The notes: generated by a model from the letters alone, not told the origin. A stretch of 64,000 nucleotides of DNA from Oscillospiraceae bacterium (GCA_022792555.1 JAAWBF010000036.1:3697-67696); one strand, 5' to 3'. Positions 35,752 through 44,191 are shown, counted from the first letter of the stretch. Made by a program: numbers and translations.

Positions 35752-36298
35752 CGGTATGCTCCAGTGTCTCGATATCTCCGCTGTCCAGTAGGGCGTTCAG
35801 AACCTCGTTATAAACCCGCTCTGGCTTGGCCTTAAACCCTTCAGAGAGTCGGCGGCTCTGTTCCTCGTTGACACAAAGCAATTCAATGGTCATAAGGTTG
35901 CCGTTCTCATCATCCAAGGTCAGCCGGGTAGTCAAGGTCCCGTCAGTGCGTGGGAGGACCTCGGCCCGAACCTGGGCATTGCGGCGCAGCATACTATTCA
36001 CCTTGGACAAATTTCCGTTACATCGGCGCTTAACCGAATAGGATAGACTGCTCTCACAGGCAGCCCCATCCTGACGGCCCTTCTCTGTAATGGTGTAGTA
36101 ATTTTCCTCTAAGCATAGATGCTCCGATGCCACCAGCTCAGCCACCGACTCTGCAAATTCAAAGTAATCTACCCCCTCATCACACAGAGCCAGATCGGTT
36201 AGAGTGACAAAATCAATGGGAGCTGCAATTCGTTCCATGATATAGAGTACCAATAATTTAATATCCAATTTTCCGCGAATAAAGCCGTATCGTGCCAT
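35741..36298 (-). CDS. DUF4364 family protein
   Basis: MARYGFIRGKLDIKLLVLYIM start typical of DUF4364. ATG 36298 follows GGAGG. Overlaps the downstream gene start. Confidence 0.6.
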   Translation of the reverse strand: MARYGFIRGKLDIKLLVLYIMERIAAPIDFVTLTDLALCDEGVDYFEFAESVAELVASEHLCLEENYYTITEKGRQDGAACESSLSYSVKRRCNGNLSKVNSMLRRNAQVRAEVLPRTDGTLTTRLTLDDENGNLMTIELLCVNEEQSRRLSEGFKAKPERVYNEVLNALLDSGDIETLEHTDEL

Positions 36299-36356
36299 TC
36301 TGCGGCCTCCCTTTCGGTATCCTAAACCGGCGGTCCGGTCCGGCGGCATGTCTTTT

Positions 36357-36385
36357 ATTATAACGAAAATTTTCACACCATACAA
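36357..36385 (-). promoter_or_regulatory. SigmaA-type promoter for the DUF4364-DUF1113 operon
   Basis: Minus strand: TTGTAT (36385-36380), 17-nt spacer, TATAAT (36362-36357). Confidence 0.6.
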
Positions 36386-36462
36386 GAGCGTTTTTTTACG
36401 TAGAAGGACCCATAAATGAGATTGCCGCTATCCATCCAAGCTTCGATGGCATCTGAATAAAC

Positions 36463-36491
36463 TTGACATTTTGTGGGATGAGGCTTAGTAT
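36463..36491 (+). promoter_or_regulatory. SigmaA-type promoter for the DUF3048 gene
   Basis: TTGACA (36463-36468), 17-nt spacer, TAGTAT (36486-36491). Confidence 0.6.
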
Positions 36492-36560
36492 GAGAATATA
36501 ACCTATACGGTCTGCATACAAGACTGACCCGGACGTTGTACCAATGCTTGGAGGGATTTG

Positions 36561-37661
36561 ATGAAAAAAAGATTACTGCCTTTTCTTGTCCTGCTGCTTC
36601 TGCTGACAGCCTGCGGCGAGGAACCGGAACCAACCCCCACACCCACACCAGCGCCGGAACCAACGGCCACCCTCCCGCCGTCCACAGCGCCTGAAACTCC
36701 GGAGCCTACCCCCTATAACGGACCGGTGAATCCCTTGACTGGAGCGCCGATTGAAGAGGCGTGGGTCAACCGCCGTCCAGTGGCCGTTATGATCAACAAC
36801 CTCCGTGAAGCCTTGCCCCAGCACGGTGTATCCAAAGCGGATATCATCTATGAGGTCCCCACTGAAGGGGGAATAACACGGATGCTCGCCCTGTATCAGT
36901 GTCCAAAGGGAGCGGGTACCATCGGTTCTATCCGCTCGGCCCGGCCCTATTATTTGGAGCTGGCTCTGGGTCACGATGCGATTTTCATCCATGCCGGAGG
37001 CAGTGAGAAGGCCTATTCTTATATCCGATCCTGGGGTGTCACCTCCCTAGACGGTGTGCGCGGGCCCTATCTGGGCAGCAGTCCAAAGAGCAATCTGCTC
37101 TGGCGAGACCCGGAACGGCGCAAGCATTACTCTTTGGAGCATACTGTTGTCACCGAGGGGGAGCATTTGGCGGCAAAGCTAGAGGAGATCTCTGGTCTGC
37201 GCTTGGATCACCGGGAGGGATACCAATATATACAGGAATTTTCAGAAGATGGGACACCATTGGATGGTGTCTCGGCTAGTGAGCTACGGGTCCACTTTTC
37301 CAACTATAAAACCGGCATTTTTACCTATGATGCAGAACGAAAGTGCTATTTGGTTGAGGAGTACGGCGCTCCCTATATAGATGGTAACACAGACGAGCAG
37401 GTAGGTATGACCAATGTGTTAGTGCTCAAAACTGCATGCCGAAATACTGGAGACAGCTATGGACATATCACTGTGGATCTTTCCAGCGGCGGCTCCGGCT
37501 ATTTTGCCTGCGGCGGCCAGCTTGTCGATATTACCTGGAGCAAGACCTTCCCAGACGGCCAGCTTCACTACTCCCGACTGGACGGAACACCACTGATTCT
37601 GGGGCAGGGGAGCACCTATATCTGTATCATCCCATCAGGGGAAGAGGTGGCCATCTCATAG
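36561..37661 (+). CDS. DUF3048 domain lipoprotein
   Basis: Lipobox LLTAC, a Pro/Thr/Glu-rich linker, then PLTG....RPVAVMINN...ADIIYEVPTEGGITRMLALY typical of DUF3048. Confidence 0.8.
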   Translation: MKKRLLPFLVLLLLLTACGEEPEPTPTPTPAPEPTATLPPSTAPETPEPTPYNGPVNPLTGAPIEEAWVNRRPVAVMINNLREALPQHGVSKADIIYEVPTEGGITRMLALYQCPKGAGTIGSIRSARPYYLELALGHDAIFIHAGGSEKAYSYIRSWGVTSLDGVRGPYLGSSPKSNLLWRDPERRKHYSLEHTVVTEGEHLAAKLEEISGLRLDHREGYQYIQEFSEDGTPLDGVSASELRVHFSNYKTGIFTYDAERKCYLVEEYGAPYIDGNTDEQVGMTNVLVLKTACRNTGDSYGHITVDLSSGGSGYFACGGQLVDITWSKTFPDGQLHYSRLDGTPLILGQGSTYICIIPSGEEVAIS

Positions 37662-37696
37662 ATTACTCCCTCATAATCTAATCGTACGCACCCCGC

Positions 37697-37736
37697 GAGG
37701 GCCTGCGCCATAGTATGGTTCAGGTCCTCTTTTTTT
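37697..37736 (+). terminator. Rho-independent terminator
   Basis: GAGGGCCTG / CAGGTCCTC stem (one mismatch) followed by TTTTTTT. Confidence 0.7.
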
Positions 37737-37774
37737 GTCCGCTCCACAGGATCAAAGAGGCCGTCTAGCGCCGC

Positions 37775-37801
37775 ACCATTGATGGCGCCCCGCATAGAAT
37801 A
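37775..37801 (+). promoter_or_regulatory. SigmaK/sigmaE-like promoter candidate for the Cys-rich protein gene
   Basis: AC (37775-37776), 16-nt spacer, CATAGAATA (37793-37801), about 60 nt upstream of ATG 37864. Confidence 0.4.
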
Positions 37802-37863
37802 GAGAGGAAGGGCGTTCCCCCTTCCACACGGTTCGATACAAACTCGACTAGGAGGTATTATTC

Positions 37864-38712
37864 ATGCCTGATAAAGTAATGCCCGGCCCTGTCCAGGATG
37901 CCGCCTGCGTCCGCGAGGCCGTCTGTATACACACCAAAAAGATCTTTGATAGCTGTAAAGATAAAGACTGCATCGAAGATCTGCGGTTCTATCCGACCCA
38001 AGAGTCTCAATGTGCCATCGACCGAGCTATCAGCATTAAGGCTGGCAAGGCCGAGCTGCTCTATGTGTACATCGATGTGGAGCCCATCAGCTTTAACCGG
38101 GGCTTTTATACTGTAGACGTGCGCTACTTCTACCGTGTGACAGCCGATGCTTTCATTGGGGCTGCCCGGCCAGTAGAGATCAGCGGTCTGTGCGTGTTTG
38201 ACAAGCGGGTGATCCTCTTTGGTAGTGAGGGGACCGCTAAGATATTCTCCTCGACGGCCGTCTTTGACGGCCTTGACGAGCAGAATATCCTCAATAGTAA
38301 CATGCCAACAGCTGTCGTAGAGGCTGTGGATCCTATCGTCCTTGGTATGAAGCTGGTTGATGTCTGTGAGTGCCGGCCCTGTGACTGCGAACTCACCGAG
38401 ATCCCGCCGTGCATCTGTGCCTGTTTTGGTAGCGATCTGTGCTTCGGCAGCGAGAACAAGAGGGTCTATGTCACGCTGGGTCAATTTTCCATCATCCGTC
38501 TGGAGCGGGATGCCCAGCTGCTCATGCCCGTCTATGACTACTGTCTGCCTGAGAAGGAGTGCAGCTGCAGTAGCGGCTGCTGTGAGGAGGATCCCTGTGA
38601 GATCTTCCGCCATGTCAAATTCCCTGTGGATGAGTTCTTCCCGCCCAACAGTCTGCCTGGCGGTGACGGCGGCTGCGGCTGCGGCTGCGGCTCAAAGGGC
38701 TGCTGTAACTAA
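37864..38712 (+). CDS. Cysteine-rich hypothetical protein (possible spore coat/exosporium component)
   Basis: AGGAGG (37850-37855) 8 nt before the ATG, and its own terminator. 282 aa with an N-terminal 4-Cys cluster (C15, C21, C31, C36), a Cys-dense C-terminal third and a GGCGCGCGSKGCCN tail. No family recognised. Confidence 0.7.
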   Translation: MPDKVMPGPVQDAACVREAVCIHTKKIFDSCKDKDCIEDLRFYPTQESQCAIDRAISIKAGKAELLYVYIDVEPISFNRGFYTVDVRYFYRVTADAFIGAARPVEISGLCVFDKRVILFGSEGTAKIFSSTAVFDGLDEQNILNSNMPTAVVEAVDPIVLGMKLVDVCECRPCDCELTEIPPCICACFGSDLCFGSENKRVYVTLGQFSIIRLERDAQLLMPVYDYCLPEKECSCSSGCCEEDPCEIFRHVKFPVDEFFPPNSLPGGDGGCGCGCGSKGCCN

Positions 38713-38745
38713 TCTATCCTATCGCACGGCGCAGTCATCGCATGG

Positions 38746-38781
38746 TCCCCGGCAGCTATAAGCTGCCGGGGACTTTTTCTT
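38746..38781 (+). terminator. Rho-independent terminator
   Basis: GTCCCCGGCAGC / GCTGCCGGGGAC stem followed by TTTTT. Confidence 0.85.
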
Positions 38782-38851
38782 TACGGGGCATCTTCCATCT
38801 GCTATACTACGAGAGAAGAACAAAGAAAATGGACCAGTGGAGGGAACTGTA

Positions 38852-40192
38852 ATGGCGCGGATTGTGATACCGGTAGGTCCGGCTCTTTTGATGGCCCGGC
38901 TAAATACTGCTGGGTTTGAGGCTCAGGTAGTGGGGGGCTGTGTACGGGACAGTCTGCTTGGCCGCCGTCCCAACGACTGGGACATCTGCACCTCCGCCCG
39001 GCCGGAACAGATCCAGCGGTGTTTTCAAGGAGAGCGTGTCATAGAAACCGGCCTTAAACATGGTACAGTCACGGTACTGTTAGAGGGAGTTCCCTATGAG
39101 ATCACCACATACCGGACGGACGGCGCCTATTCAGATGGACGTCACCCTGATTCCGTCCAATTTGTCTCTTCTTTAAAGGCGGATCTGGCGCGCCGGGATT
39201 TCACCATCAATGCCATGGCCGCCGGGCCGGACGGTCTGGTACAGGACCCCTATGGGGGCCAGATGGACCTGGCCGCTGGAATAATCCGCTGTGTAGGGGA
39301 CCCCGCGCTACGGTTTCAGGAGGATGCCCTGCGGCTGTTGCGGGCCATGCGTTTTGCCTCTACCTATAAATTCATCGTGGAAGAGGGTACAAGGGTACAA
39401 ATTCATCAACAACGGGCGCTGCTCACCCAAATAGCGGGAGAGCGGATCCAGGTAGAGCTGGAAAAGCTGCTGATGGGATGTGGGGTTCGTCCTGTATTGG
39501 AGGAATTTCATGATGTGCTGTCAGTGGTGATTCCTGAGCTTGCGCCGCTTGCCGGCTTTGCCCAGCACAACCCCTGGCACCTGTGGGACATATGGCAGCA
39601 CACCATAATTGCAATCGATCAGGCAATCTATGATCCGATTGTCCGGCTGGCGCTTCTTTTGCACGACATAGCGAAGCCCGCTGTTTTCACGCTAGACAAG
39701 AGGGGGATAGGCCATTTTTATGGACATGCCCAAGCGGGGAGTGAGGACGCGAAAATCCTTCTGCGGCGGCTACGGTATGACAACGAGACAAGGCATAATG
39801 TCGCAACGCTTGTCGCAGTTCACGACACGCTCATCAACCCGGAAGCCAAATCGGTCCGGCGGTGGCTCAACCGGCTGGGGGAGAGCCAGCTGCGCCGTCT
39901 TTTCGCGGTGAAGCGTGCTGACACGCTGGCCCACAATCCGGCGTTGACCGCCGAAGAACTGGCATCCTTGGAACAGGCAGAAAAACAAATGGATCAGATT
40001 TTGGAGGAAGGACAGTGCTTTTCTCTCAAAGATCTGGCGGTCAATGGCCGAGATCTGATTGCAGCCGGCCTGCATGCTGGACCCACTTTGGGGATAGTGC
40101 TCCGCCAACTGATGGATCTGGTCTTGGATGGCAGTATTGAAAACGACCGCCAAGCGCTTTTGGACCATGTAAAAACCCTGGCCTCCGACTGA
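38852..40192 (+). CDS. cca: CCA tRNA nucleotidyltransferase
   Basis: GGCVRDSLLG and DWD polymerase-beta motifs, RRDFTINA, C-terminal HD-like domain. ATG 38852 follows GGAGGG. Confidence 0.9.
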   Translation: MARIVIPVGPALLMARLNTAGFEAQVVGGCVRDSLLGRRPNDWDICTSARPEQIQRCFQGERVIETGLKHGTVTVLLEGVPYEITTYRTDGAYSDGRHPDSVQFVSSLKADLARRDFTINAMAAGPDGLVQDPYGGQMDLAAGIIRCVGDPALRFQEDALRLLRAMRFASTYKFIVEEGTRVQIHQQRALLTQIAGERIQVELEKLLMGCGVRPVLEEFHDVLSVVIPELAPLAGFAQHNPWHLWDIWQHTIIAIDQAIYDPIVRLALLLHDIAKPAVFTLDKRGIGHFYGHAQAGSEDAKILLRRLRYDNETRHNVATLVAVHDTLINPEAKSVRRWLNRLGESQLRRLFAVKRADTLAHNPALTAEELASLEQAEKQMDQILEEGQCFSLKDLAVNGRDLIAAGLHAGPTLGIVLRQLMDLVLDGSIENDRQALLDHVKTLASD

Positions 40193-40265
40193 AGCCTGGT
40201 GTCCGGTGTATAGAGGCGGGGAAAAACATATACTGTTATTTTTGTAGGATATAAACTAATTATTT

Positions 40266-40293
40266 GGCCGTACCTGGATTGTCAGGTACGGCC
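40266..40293 (+). terminator. Stem-loop downstream of cca (weak terminator)
   Basis: GGCCGTACCTG / CAGGTACGGCC 11-bp stem, with only a short TGTT after it. Confidence 0.45.
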
Positions 40294-40302
40294 TGTTAAA
40301 CA

Positions 40303-40331
40303 AACAAAAAAGCCACACCAGATTGGTGTGG
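40303..40331 (-). terminator. Rho-independent terminator of the small ORF transcript
   Basis: Minus strand: CCACACCA-ATC-TGGTGTGG followed by CTTTTTTGTTTG. Confidence 0.8.
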
Positions 40332-40357
40332 TTAGCTTCTCTGTTTGTTTTATCTCT

Positions 40358-40444
40358 CTACCGATCGCTACGGATAACCTGGTTCTCATCACCGAAGATA
40401 AGATCATCTACATCCACGGCAGAGCAGTTGTTGTAAGCTAACAT
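40358..40444 (-). CDS. Unannotated 28-aa acidic peptide (MLAYNNCSAVDVDDLIFGDENQVIRSDR)
   Basis: Translated by hand from the minus strand. AGGAGG (40460-40455) lies 10 nt before ATG 40444; TAG stop at 40360-40358. Own promoter and terminator. Below the 60-aa ORF-track cutoff. Confidence 0.5.
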   Translation of the reverse strand: MLAYNNCSAVDVDDLIFGDENQVIRSDR

Positions 40445-40506
40445 CTAACACATACCTCCTTTCAATTGTAACATTGGCCAGTGTCCCAACTGTTTGACCA
40501 GTTTAG

Positions 40507-40535
40507 ATTATAGCTGATTTCCTAGTAAAATGCAA
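40507..40535 (-). promoter_or_regulatory. Near-consensus sigmaA promoter of the small ORF
   Basis: Minus strand: TTGCAT (40535-40530), 17-nt spacer, TATAAT (40512-40507). Confidence 0.7.
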
Positions 40536-40780
40536 TGGTAAATAGCGCTAAAAAATATACTTATATTTCTGTATTTTGGACGAAACAACTAAATCAACTT
40601 GGAATAAATCAAGATAAGAGATTTTTATAGCGCAAGTCGCCTAATTGGGAGCATTCCGCAACATCTTCTCTTAAAAATAGGCTCTTTGTGAAAAAAGGAG
40701 CATTTTGCGTGTGAAAAGCTGGCCTATTTCTAGCGGGTGAAGGAAGTGAGCTTCCCCTGTGTGAATTTTTTCAATGTACC

Positions 40781-40809
40781 TTGCAAGTGCAAAAAAATCA
40801 TAGTATACT
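40781..40809 (+). promoter_or_regulatory. SigmaA-type promoter for the SLH protein gene
   Basis: TTGCAA (40781-40786), 17-nt spacer, TATACT (40804-40809). Confidence 0.6.
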
Positions 40810-40855
40810 AGAAGAAACTCGATCTGAAGGGTTAAGTGAAAGAAAGGGTATACAT

Positions 40856-41497
40856 ATGATGGTGAGCATTCAGGTTGACACATCATATGGGGTGAATATG
40901 AACGTTTATAGATGGACGGCTGGTTTAGCACTGGCAGTCATTCTTACCTGTCTGCTGCTGGTGCCTAGAGCAGGTGCGGTATCTGACTTTGACCGGTTTC
41001 GTGACAAGACCGAGATTGTGAACCGGGAGGCTGTCTCCAAATTGACTGAACTTGGTATCATCAGCGGCACTGAATCTGGATATTTTAATCCAACCGGACT
41101 TGTCACCAGGGCAGAGATGGCCAAAATGATCGCTATGGTTATGAACCCAAATCAGGTGATCAATTCCTCCAGCAAACAAACAGAACTGATTGACATTGAG
41201 GGTCACTGGGCAGCTGAGTATATTCATTATTGTTACCGTCTGGGGATCATTGCAGGGCGGGGGAACAACCGCTTTGATCCAGATGCCAATGTGACCGCCG
41301 ATGAAGCGGCTAAAATGCTCTTAGTAGCCGCCGGCTACGATCCGATTCGAAAAAAATTTACTGGGCAGGACTGGGTCATTCATGTCTCCGATGTAGCGGT
41401 TCGGATGGGAATTTATAATGACTTTACAAAAGCGGCCTCTGATCCCATCAGCCGAGATGACGCTGCCCTGTTAATCTACAATGCTCTAATAGGATAG
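40856..41497 (+). CDS. S-layer homology (SLH) domain protein
   Basis: Signal peptide (MNVYRWTAGLALAVILTCLLLVPRAGA when started at ATG 40898). SLH repeats (FRDKTEIVNREAVSKLTELGIISG, IEGHWAAEYIHYCYRLGIIAGRG). Start is ATG 40856 or 40898; TTG 40781 is the -35 box. Confidence 0.8.
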   Translation: MMVSIQVDTSYGVNMNVYRWTAGLALAVILTCLLLVPRAGAVSDFDRFRDKTEIVNREAVSKLTELGIISGTESGYFNPTGLVTRAEMAKMIAMVMNPNQVINSSSKQTELIDIEGHWAAEYIHYCYRLGIIAGRGNNRFDPDANVTADEAAKMLLVAAGYDPIRKKFTGQDWVIHVSDVAVRMGIYNDFTKAASDPISRDDAALLIYNALIG

Positions 41498-41501
41498 CGT
41501 C

Positions 41502-41551
41502 AGCGCCCCAATCGTGTGCGGAATTTCCCGCCCTATATTGGGGCGCTTTTC
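41502..41551. terminator. Terminator between convergent SLH and degV genes
   Basis: AGCGCCCCAAT / ATTGGGGCGCT stem followed by TTTT. Confidence 0.75.
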
Positions 41552-41564
41552 CGATATAAAACGC

Positions 41565-42410
41565 CTACCGGCTGCGGATAAAAAGAATGCCCAGCGTATT
41601 GGGTCCGCAGTGGGAAGAAATAGTACAGCCCGTGTGGGTTTCGATGATCTCATGGAAGGGGGCATATTTGGTGATCTCCTGCCGGACCTTATCTACCAAG
41701 GTGTGATCCTCTAGGGAATTGGTCAGGAAAATCCGATCCAGCTCCAGGTCGTCCCGATTTTTCAGCCGCTCCCGGATATACTCTATCGCACACTTTTCAA
41801 GATTCCCCCGGAATTTCTTCGTCACCTTCATGCTCCCATCGATCACATCAATACACGGCTTGAGTTTGAGCAGATTAGCGCCCAACATGGTGACCATGGA
41901 GCAGCGCCCTCCCTTGACCATATAGTCCAGACGGTTGAGGATAAAGCTGCTCTCAATGCGCGGCACCAGCCCCTGCAGATAGGTTAAAATATCCTGGAGC
42001 TCCATACCTGACTCAGCAGCCAGCGCCGCCTCCACCACCATATGCCCCTGACCAGTCGAAAGGTTGCGGGAATCTATGACATAGACGTTGTCAAACTCGC
42101 CGGCGGCGATGGTGGCGTTTTGATGACAGGCGGAAAACTCCGAGCCAATGTTAATGTGGATCACCGCCTCATACTGGGGGGACAGGCGCGCAAAACAGGT
42201 TTGATAGTCTCCCACACTGACGGCAGAAGTGGTAGTGATCTCTCCACCGCTGTCTACATGGCGGAAGATATCAGAGGTGGTGATCTCGATGCCATCCTTG
42301 TATGGTGCTCCTGCCTTAATGACCGACAAGGGGAGTATTTCTATCTTGTGCTTGGACAGCAGTTCTGCTGTCAGGTCACAGGTGCTATCGGAGGTAATTT
42401 TGATGCTCAT
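41565..42410 (-). CDS. degV: DegV-family fatty-acid-binding protein
   Basis: MSIKITSDSTCDL start and DegV fold motifs. ATG 42410 follows AAGGAG; the ORF-track start at 42581 is an extension. Confidence 0.9.
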   Translation of the reverse strand: MSIKITSDSTCDLTAELLSKHKIEILPLSVIKAGAPYKDGIEITTSDIFRHVDSGGEITTTSAVSVGDYQTCFARLSPQYEAVIHINIGSEFSACHQNATIAAGEFDNVYVIDSRNLSTGQGHMVVEAALAAESGMELQDILTYLQGLVPRIESSFILNRLDYMVKGGRCSMVTMLGANLLKLKPCIDVIDGSMKVTKKFRGNLEKCAIEYIRERLKNRDDLELDRIFLTNSLEDHTLVDKVRQEITKYAPFHEIIETHTGCTISSHCGPNTLGILFIRSR

Positions 42411-42819
42411 GTAACGGCTCCTTTCCCAAGGTCGAATCGGTTTTGGACGGCCTGCCGCCTTCGGGAAGGCAGGAGACCCTATACAGCATAACACCGTCCT
42501 GATAAAAAAGAAACAGGAATGGACAAGATTTTTTTCCTGTTCTAGTGCTGACAGATATCTGATGAAACGAGAGAAGAACAAATCGTAAAAAATTTGGCCT
42601 AGCCCCTATGCAAAATGGGAAAAATATATTAAAATAGAGAAGATATAAACTGGGCCTTTTGGTCCGGCGGACCTATCACCTCCCAACAGCGGCACGGACC
42701 GCGGATGTATGATTCTTACACTGAACCTGGGAAGTCATACACCTGATTTTAGCCCATTTGTTTACCGCCGTGAGGGCGGCAATCGCAAATGATGGCATAT
42801 CCGCAAAGGAGCTGAAACT

Positions 42820-43542
42820 ATGACGCAACCGCAGTATAAGCGCGTGCTGCTGAAGATCAGCGGCGAGGCCCTGGCAGGATCGTTGTCCCGCGGCTTGGAC
42901 TTTGGCGTGATTGGCAAAGTCTGTGATGTGATTCAAGAGTGCTGTCGGCGCGGCGTTCAAATGGGAATTGTAGTCGGCGGTGGAAATTTTTGGCGTGGCA
43001 TTAAGGACGGTAGTGGAAAAATGGAGCGTACCCGGGCGGATCATATGGGGATGCTGGCTACCTCGTTAAATTGTCTGGCTCTGGCGGATGTGCTGGAGCA
43101 GAAGGGAATAGAGGTTCGGGTGCAGACTGCCATTGAAATGCGCTCTATTGCGGAGCCCTACATCCGTTCAAAGGCCATCCGTCATTTGGAGAAGGGGCGG
43201 GTCGTCATTTTTGGGTGTGGAACTGGCAATCCCTTTTTCTCTACCGATACAGCGGCTGTTCTGCGGGCAGCAGAGATTGATGCCGATGTAATCCTCTTGG
43301 CTAAGAACATCGATGGAGTCTATAGCGCAGACCCCAACAAGGACCCCACAGCGGTCAAATATGACAGCATTACCTATGATGATGTTCTAGCCCAGCACCT
43401 CCAGGTGATGGATGCCACCGCGACTTCTCTGTCTATGGATAACCGGATCCCTGTGCTTCTCTTTGCCTTAAAGGACCCACAGAATATTCTGCGGGTTGTA
43501 ATGGGCGAAAAAATCGGTACCATTGTGAAGGAGGAAAAATGA
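42820..43542 (+). CDS. pyrH: UMP kinase
   Basis: [12 protein letters not shown] and GGGNFWRG motifs. Confidence 0.95.
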   Translation: MTQPQYKRVLLKISGEALAGSLSRGLDFGVIGKVCDVIQECCRRGVQMGIVVGGGNFWRGIKDGSGKMERTRADHMGMLATSLNCLALADVLEQKGIEVRVQTAIEMRSIAEPYIRSKAIRHLEKGRVVIFGCGTGNPFFSTDTAAVLRAAEIDADVILLAKNIDGVYSADPNKDPTAVKYDSITYDDVLAQHLQVMDATATSLSMDNRIPVLLFALKDPQNILRVVMGEKIGTIVKEEK

Positions 43543-43543
43543 G

Positions 43544-44098
43544 ATGAATGAGATCCACAAGGAATATGATGTAAAGATGCAAAAGACCATTGATGTCGTT
43601 GTAAGCGATTTTGCCAGCGTTCGAGCGGGCCGCGCCAATCCGGCGGTTCTGGATAAAATTACAGTGGATTATTATGGCGCACAGACCCCTATTCATCAGG
43701 TGGCGTCCATTACTTCTCCGGATCCCCGGTCCCTGATGATCCAACCCTATGATAGTTCTATCCTCAAGGGGATCGAAAAGGCAATTCAGACCTCAGATCT
43801 GGGGATTAATCCGCAGAACGACGGTAAAGTTCTCCGTCTAGCCTTTCCACAGCTCACCGAGGAGCGCCGCAAGGATCTGACCAAACAGGTACGCAAGTAT
43901 GCCGAGGGCGGTAAGGTGGCCATCCGCAACATCCGCCGGGATGCGGTAGAGAAGTATAAGGCCATGAAAAAGAAATCCGAGATCACCGAAGATGACTATA
44001 AGGACTATGAGAAAGAGCTTCAGGATATGACAGAAAAGCGGTGCAAGCAGATTGATGAGCTCTGCGCCAAGAAAGAAGCCGAACTTATGGCGGTATAA
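43544..44098 (+). CDS. frr: Ribosome recycling factor
   Basis: Canonical Frr sequence (VRAGRANPAVLD, LNPQNDG, LTEERRKDL). Confidence 0.95.
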   Translation: MNEIHKEYDVKMQKTIDVVVSDFASVRAGRANPAVLDKITVDYYGAQTPIHQVASITSPDPRSLMIQPYDSSILKGIEKAIQTSDLGINPQNDGKVLRLAFPQLTEERRKDLTKQVRKYAEGGKVAIRNIRRDAVEKYKAMKKKSEITEDDYKDYEKELQDMTEKRCKQIDELCAKKEAELMAV

Positions 44099-44124
44099 GC
44101 GTTTAGAGCTGTTAATTAGGTGCG

Positions 44125-44150
44125 GTGCGGAGCGCTCCGGTGCTCCGCAC
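44125..44150 (+). terminator. Stem-loop after frr (weak terminator/attenuator)
   Basis: GTGCGGAGC / GCTCCGCAC 9-bp stem with a poor U-tract. Confidence 0.35.
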
Positions 44151-44191
44151 TGTCGTCTTATCGCAATACAATTATAATAGGCGGGGACAGT

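Noticed and set aside
37858-38613. 251-aa minus-strand ORF overlapping the Cys-rich gene almost completely.
   Set aside because: The plus-strand frame has the AGGAGG RBS, a promoter-like element and a terminator in the correct orientation. The minus-strand frame has none of these and would read into the DUF3048 terminator.
38668-38692. (GGCTGC) x 3-4 tandem repeat at the 3' end of the Cys-rich gene, considered as a phase-variation tract.
   Set aside because: The unit is 6 nt, so slippage would keep the frame and only vary the number of Gly-Cys dipeptides. There are too few units for efficient slippage.
40671-40931. 86-aa minus-strand ORF in the AT-rich gap.
   Set aside because: It crosses the SLH gene promoter and start. 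It has no RBS and an odd composition (many F, Y, L, H, as expected from AT-rich random frames).
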